This document shows positions 60,038 through 64,000 of a DNA stretch of 64,000 nucleotides, piece by piece (positions within the stretch are counted from its first letter, which is position 1; each line of letters opens with the position of its first letter). Made by a program: the position numbers and the translations under genes. The stretch is from Candidatus Thorarchaeota archaeon. Lineage in GTDB: Archaea > Asgardarchaeota > Thorarchaeia > Thorarchaeales > Thorarchaeaceae. The notes under the pieces were generated by a model. It was not told where the DNA came from. It did no database searches and worked only from the letters and a program-made list of their open reading frames with translations. The stretch covers positions 2,450-66,449 of the forward strand of contig JAUWOU010000003.1 in assembly GCA_030612005.1 (NCBI GenBank), in the 5' to 3' direction.

Positions 60038-62457
60038 TATAGTAAATGCTCCGTACGTGTGATGATTTCTTCCTGAAGCTCCCTACCTACTTGTGTGAAG
60101 TAAGCATTGTAGCCAGTAATTCGGATCATAAGATTAGAGTAGGCATCAGGATTCTTCTGAGCATCACGTAAGGTCTCTCCATCAATGATATTGATCTGCA
60201 AAGCAGTTCCACCAACTTCATTGTATGCTCGCAAGAGAGCCGCAAGCTTTTCTACATGCTCTTTTGTTTTCACCATTGAAGGACTCAGAGTAATAGTGTG
60301 ACTGGCTCCATTAGGAATGGTTTCCAGTCCAAGCTTACCCACTGACCGTATAGATGCAGTTGGACCTTTCGCGTCCATGCCCTGAACAGCACCAACACCG
60401 CCAGACATGAATTCTCCTCTTCTTCTACCATCAGGTGTTGCAGCAGTAAGAGGTGCAAGTGGAATAAAGTAATTCCAGGAAAGATAACCAGCTCTGAAAC
60501 GACGACCAGTATAGGGATTCTTGTGTTTGAATGCTTCTTCAGCCCAGAACATCGAGAGCTCCCTAGCAATATCATCTACGTAATCATCATCATTACCGAA
60601 CTTTGGAGCCTTTGATCTAAGAAGTTGACGAAGTTCTTCATGTCCTTCATAATTTGCTTCTATCGCCTTAACCAGTTCAGACATTGTGACTTTCTTTTCC
60701 TCGTACACCATCTTCTTGACCGCAGCTACTGAGTCTGCAACTGTTGCGATTCCCATTCCCTCAAGTGTATTGAAATTCCAAACTGTACCACCTTCATTGA
60801 CATCTTTGCCATTCTCAGCACAGTTATCCATGAGAGCGCTAAGGTAAGGTGTAGGTTGATACTTGGCTCGGATTGTATCTGCCATGTTTCCACAAGTTGT
60901 GAGTAAACGAATCAATTCAACTAGCTGAGTTTTTACAGCACCAAGAAATTGCTCATAAGTTGTGAAATTACTTGGATCCCCAGTCTTAATCCCTATCTGT
61001 GCTCCAGTAGCAAGGTCCTTACCATTGTTCATTGTAAGCTCAATAGCTTTAACCAAATTGAAATTAACATCAACAGTATCAGATCTGTCATTTCCTTGCA
61101 TTGTATTTTCCAAGCAACCAACAATACCGTAATCCCAAGCATCTTCGCGAGGTACACCTTGCCAGACAAGACCTTCTATACTGTGCTCATCAAAGTTCAT
61201 GAGGAATGGAGACCCTTGTGCATTAGCAACCATCTCTGAAACTCGAATTAGGAAATCTTGAGGAGTGTTTTTATGAAGTCTGACATTGGGCTTTGGTTCA
61301 AAGAGGTTCATGTCCTCAATGACCTCCAAAGCAAGCCAAGTGAGATCATTTGTCAGGTCCTCACCATTTGGACCACATCCACTCAGGGTCATGAGCTGAC
61401 CAAAGCTTGAGTTGATACCCTGATTCATTCCAAGTTTTCCTTGCCAGTCATATACATAGTTGTGCTTAATCCAGTAGCACTGCATCAATTCTTTTGCTTG
61501 TTCTCTTGTGAGTTCTCCAGATTCAATGTCCTTCCTGTAGAACGGGTACATATACTGGTCCCATCTTCCATGGGAAAGACCAGCACCTGGATATGACTCA
61601 GCGGCCATCACAAGCATGTGAGTAAGCCATAGGGACTGTAAAGCATCCCAGAAGGTGACAGGAGCTTCCCAAGGAACCCTGTCACAGACCTCAGCAATTT
61701 TCTCTAACTCCTCTTTGCGCTTCTGTTCGGTTTCAGATTCAGCAAGCTCTCGTACCTTCATTGCATACCTCTTTCCAACATCTCTAGCAGTTTGGCAACC
61801 CAAAATGAGAGATTCCACAAACTCCCGATGTTCAGAAGTTAAATCACCTTTCAGTAATTCTTCATACTCTTCTGCGATTCCCTTTAGACCAATTTTCATA
61901 ACTCTAGCATAGTTAGGAATCAGGTGACCTGGAACTGAAGTGGCTGTACCCACGCCAATCTCATTCAAACGAGTTGCTTCTTTGAACCATTTTTTCATAT
62001 CTTTGGTCCTACTAGCGGTTTCAGATTTGGTAAGAGACCTTGATAGTGCTGTATTGAAATCAAACCCTACAATCAGTTCTCCATCTATGACCGATGCTGG
62101 CATGTAGTGAGTCATAACCTCATGAAAGAAAATTGCACGACGCATAGGGAGACCGTGCTTCCAGTAATCATCTGGAAGTTCCACCTTAACTGCCATTGAC
62201 TTCAGTACCTCATTAATTGATGGAAAGAAAGGATAGATTGCAGGTTCATTAGCCCAGTCGTGTACTGAATATACCTCATCCCAATCAGTACCAGTAGTGA
62301 AGGATAACACTTCGTTTGTTTCTTCACGCTCATTGAATGAGTAGAAGTGATCTCGTAATTTTTGAACTCTATTAGATAGCTTATCAGAATGAGTCCATAT
62401 TTCAATCAAGGGAGCCTTAGTTTCATCAATGGTCATATCGAGGATTCCACCATGCAA
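60037..62457 (-). CDS. Glycyl radical enzyme of the PFL2/glycerol-dehydratase (eliminase-type) family; substrate unknown
   Basis: C-terminal glycine radical motif 'MIRITGYNAYF'. Active-site 'GCLEN' (Cys-x-Glu) as in GDH/CutC/HypD-type GREs rather than the PFL 'CC'. 806 aa. Confidence 0.88.
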   Translation of the reverse strand: MHGGILDMTIDETKAPLIEIWTHSDKLSNRVQKLRDHFYSFNEREETNEVLSFTTGTDWDEVYSVHDWANEPAIYPFFPSINEVLKSMAVKVELPDDYWKHGLPMRRAIFFHEVMTHYMPASVIDGELIVGFDFNTALSRSLTKSETASRTKDMKKWFKEATRLNEIGVGTATSVPGHLIPNYARVMKIGLKGIAEEYEELLKGDLTSEHREFVESLILGCQTARDVGKRYAMKVRELAESETEQKRKEELEKIAEVCDRVPWEAPVTFWDALQSLWLTHMLVMAAESYPGAGLSHGRWDQYMYPFYRKDIESGELTREQAKELMQCYWIKHNYVYDWQGKLGMNQGINSSFGQLMTLSGCGPNGEDLTNDLTWLALEVIEDMNLFEPKPNVRLHKNTPQDFLIRVSEMVANAQGSPFLMNFDEHSIEGLVWQGVPREDAWDYGIVGCLENTMQGNDRSDTVDVNFNLVKAIELTMNNGKDLATGAQIGIKTGDPSNFTTYEQFLGAVKTQLVELIRLLTTCGNMADTIRAKYQPTPYLSALMDNCAENGKDVNEGGTVWNFNTLEGMGIATVADSVAAVKKMVYEEKKVTMSELVKAIEANYEGHEELRQLLRSKAPKFGNDDDYVDDIARELSMFWAEEAFKHKNPYTGRRFRAGYLSWNYFIPLAPLTAATPDGRRRGEFMSGGVGAVQGMDAKGPTASIRSVGKLGLETIPNGASHTITLSPSMVKTKEHVEKLAALLRAYNEVGGTALQINIIDGETLRDAQKNPDAYSNLMIRITGYNAYFTQVGRELQEEIITRTEHLL

Positions 62458-62534
62458 GTGCTTGAATTGAGGAACTTCGGTTACTTAAAAGAATACATAT
62501 TTTGATAGAAAATTGAAGTTCATTGTCGTCAAGA

Positions 62535-62566
62535 ATATATGCCCCCATGTATATATGCCCCCATGT
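62535..62566. repeat. Perfect 16-bp tandem direct repeat (ATATATGCCCCCATGT x2) upstream of the GRE operon, each copy containing a TATA-like element
   Basis: Direct reading of the sequence. Lies ~80-110 bp upstream of the GRE start (minus strand). Confidence 0.8.
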
Positions 62567-62891
62567 TCATCCAAATTTGAGGAATTTCATTTGTCGGAAA
62601 AACCCAAAGTAATGCATGATGTTGCAATGGAACAAGTAGAGTTCACAGTTGGAGTGGCTCTAATAATCTGGTCGTTCTTTAACATTTTATTCTTAATCTT
62701 CTTTCCACTTGTAGGAGCATATCTAATCATTCGTAGCGTAACCAATATTCTAAGAGCAATTCGAGATGGCGAGTAGTAACTACAACAATCAATCGTACGA
62801 CTCTGTTACTGGCGCTAGGCTTAAAAGCAGTCCAAGTTTTCTGCCGATATCCGCCCGATAAGAGATTACTGGGTATCAGGAAGGCACCAGA

Positions 62892-64000
62892 ATGAGAAAA
62901 ACAAGTAGAATATTGGCACTCATGTTTGTCGCATTCATGATCTTGGGCTCAACCCAAGTACAGACAATTAACTCAAATGTTGATACTAATCAACCCATGG
63001 GCGCTCAGCTAGACATTCTTAGTCCAGCTGCTTACGATTCACCGAACATCACTGCATCACTCATTAGCTTAGCTAACGGGAGTACGGTTTCAGGAAACTT
63101 CGATATCACTTTGAATATGACCTCAGATTTAACTGCTCTTAACCTGACTCTGTTTGTTGATGGTGCTATTTACCCTGCATATAATGAAACTCCAGCCGCT
63201 GTTGCGAGCCCATTTTGGCTCGAAGACATCAGCAACATTGATTCAACAACACTCTCAGAGGGAATGTTGAACTTCACAGTCCTCTTTGAGAACGCAACTG
63301 AGAAAGAATCAGTCTACTTGCTCTATTATGTAGACAATGATGGATTCGATATGGATGTTGCCCTCTATATTCCAGTAAATGAAACTGAAGTCAGTGGAAT
63401 CATTAGCATAGACCTTAACGTAACCGCTGACGTCGATACTCTCAACCTTACAATATATGTTGATGGCGAAATTTACTCAACAGCGTTTATAGGAACTGGC
63501 AATGTCAGTGTCATCGTGGATACAAGCACACTAATTGAAGGATATGATAATTTCACACTATTCTTCCAATATGATGTTCTAGCAACATATTTCGCGCACT
63601 CCATGTATCTGGTTTATCTTGTAGATAACGACGGCTTGCCAATAACTGTCGATCACCTATCTCCAGCGAATCAAACTCAAGTTTCAGGGGTATTCAACCT
63701 CACTCTTGAAATCGGCTCTGAATATGAACCACTCAATTTCACTCTATTCGTGGATGGGGTTATTCATGAATACAACGAGAGTCCATTAGGAATTAAGCAT
63801 CAGATAGTTGCGATAAACACAACAGGACTTGTAGAAGGTTTACGAAATTTCACTCTATTATTCTATTACAATATCACTGGAGAAGATGCACAAGCTGTGT
63901 ATACACTTGTCTTTAATGTGAACAATCATCTTGCACCAACCATTATCATACTAGACCCTACTGAAGATTCAACAGTAACAGGTTTGGTTGATCTTTGGCT
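62892..64000 (+). CDS. Secreted/S-layer-like surface protein, partial (continues beyond the window end), with at least 4 tandem ~100-aa Ig-like repeats rich in N-glycosylation sequons
   Basis: N-terminal signal 'ILALMFVAFMILGSTQVQT'. Repeats share 'L(S/Y)P......VSG.....L.......LN.T(L/I)(F/Y)VDG.IY'. No stop before the window end, so it is absent from the ORF track. Confidence 0.7.
   Translation, partial: MRKTSRILALMFVAFMILGSTQVQTINSNVDTNQPMGAQLDILSPAAYDSPNITASLISLANGSTVSGNFDITLNMTSDLTALNLTLFVDGAIYPAYNETPAAVASPFWLEDISNIDSTTLSEGMLNFTVLFENATEKESVYLLYYVDNDGFDMDVALYIPVNETEVSGIISIDLNVTADVDTLNLTIYVDGEIYSTAFIGTGNVSVIVDTSTLIEGYDNFTLFFQYDVLATYFAHSMYLVYLVDNDGLPITVDHLSPANQTQVSGVFNLTLEIGSEYEPLNFTLFVDGVIHEYNESPLGIKHQIVAINTTGLVEGLRNFTLLFYYNITGEDAQAVYTLVFNVNNHLAPTIIILDPTEDSTVTGLVDLW

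Noticed and set aside
62513-62776. 87-aa +strand ORF running through the 16-bp tandem repeat
   Set aside because: The start codon and first 18 codons are the tandem-repeat and promoter sequence. More likely intergenic regulatory DNA. A shorter membrane peptide from the internal Met (62614) cannot be excluded.
1-64000. tRNA, rRNA and CRISPR arrays
   Set aside because: No cloverleaf-type GTTCGAATC/T-arm signatures or regularly spaced direct repeats were seen in intergenic regions. The only tandem DNA repeats are the Thr-codon microsatellite and the 16-bp promoter duplication.

Overview
This is an archaeal chromosomal segment of roughly 41% GC, judged from a group II chaperonin (thermosome), archaeal-type SAM synthetase, class I HMG-CoA reductase, archaeal/eukaryotic-type GlyRS and TrpRS, an RpoK/Rpb6 RNA polymerase subunit, Fap7-type adenylate kinase, Ard1-like GNAT, archaeal PPAT and a Memo-like protein. 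About 60 densely packed genes were read from motifs in the ORF translations; no similarity search was possible. Translation and housekeeping genes (GlyRS, TrpRS, HisRS, AlaX, MAT, HMGR, thermosome, ferritin, UspA) are interleaved with many membrane and secreted proteins. Both window edges fall inside very large, N-glycosylation-sequon-rich surface proteins with tandem Ig-like repeats. No rRNA, tRNA, CRISPR array or obvious mobile-element gene (transposase, integrase) was recognised. The most notable observations are: (1) a minus-strand locus (55.6-62.5 kb) encoding a C-x-E 'eliminase-type' glycyl radical enzyme with its radical-SAM activase, an unknown co-transcribed protein, a GNAT, an ACT-domain regulator and an MFS transporter, preceded by a perfect 16-bp tandem direct repeat; (2) an RpoK/Rpb6 polymerase subunit apparently fused to an N-terminal helix-hairpin-helix and Lys/Ala/Glu-rich extension, immediately downstream of the thermosome; (3) a CPBP intramembrane protease followed by two tandem paralogous zinc-ribbon, C-terminally membrane-anchored proteins; (4) a very low-GC (~28-30%) stretch in which the 3' end, terminator and downstream small membrane-protein gene of an SPFH/zinc-ribbon gene are duplicated, leaving a gene remnant; (5) a solitary gamma-class N6-adenine DNA methyltransferase with no adjacent nuclease. 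Some start sites were adjusted to internal Met codons where conserved N-termini or Shine-Dalgarno-like motifs support it.
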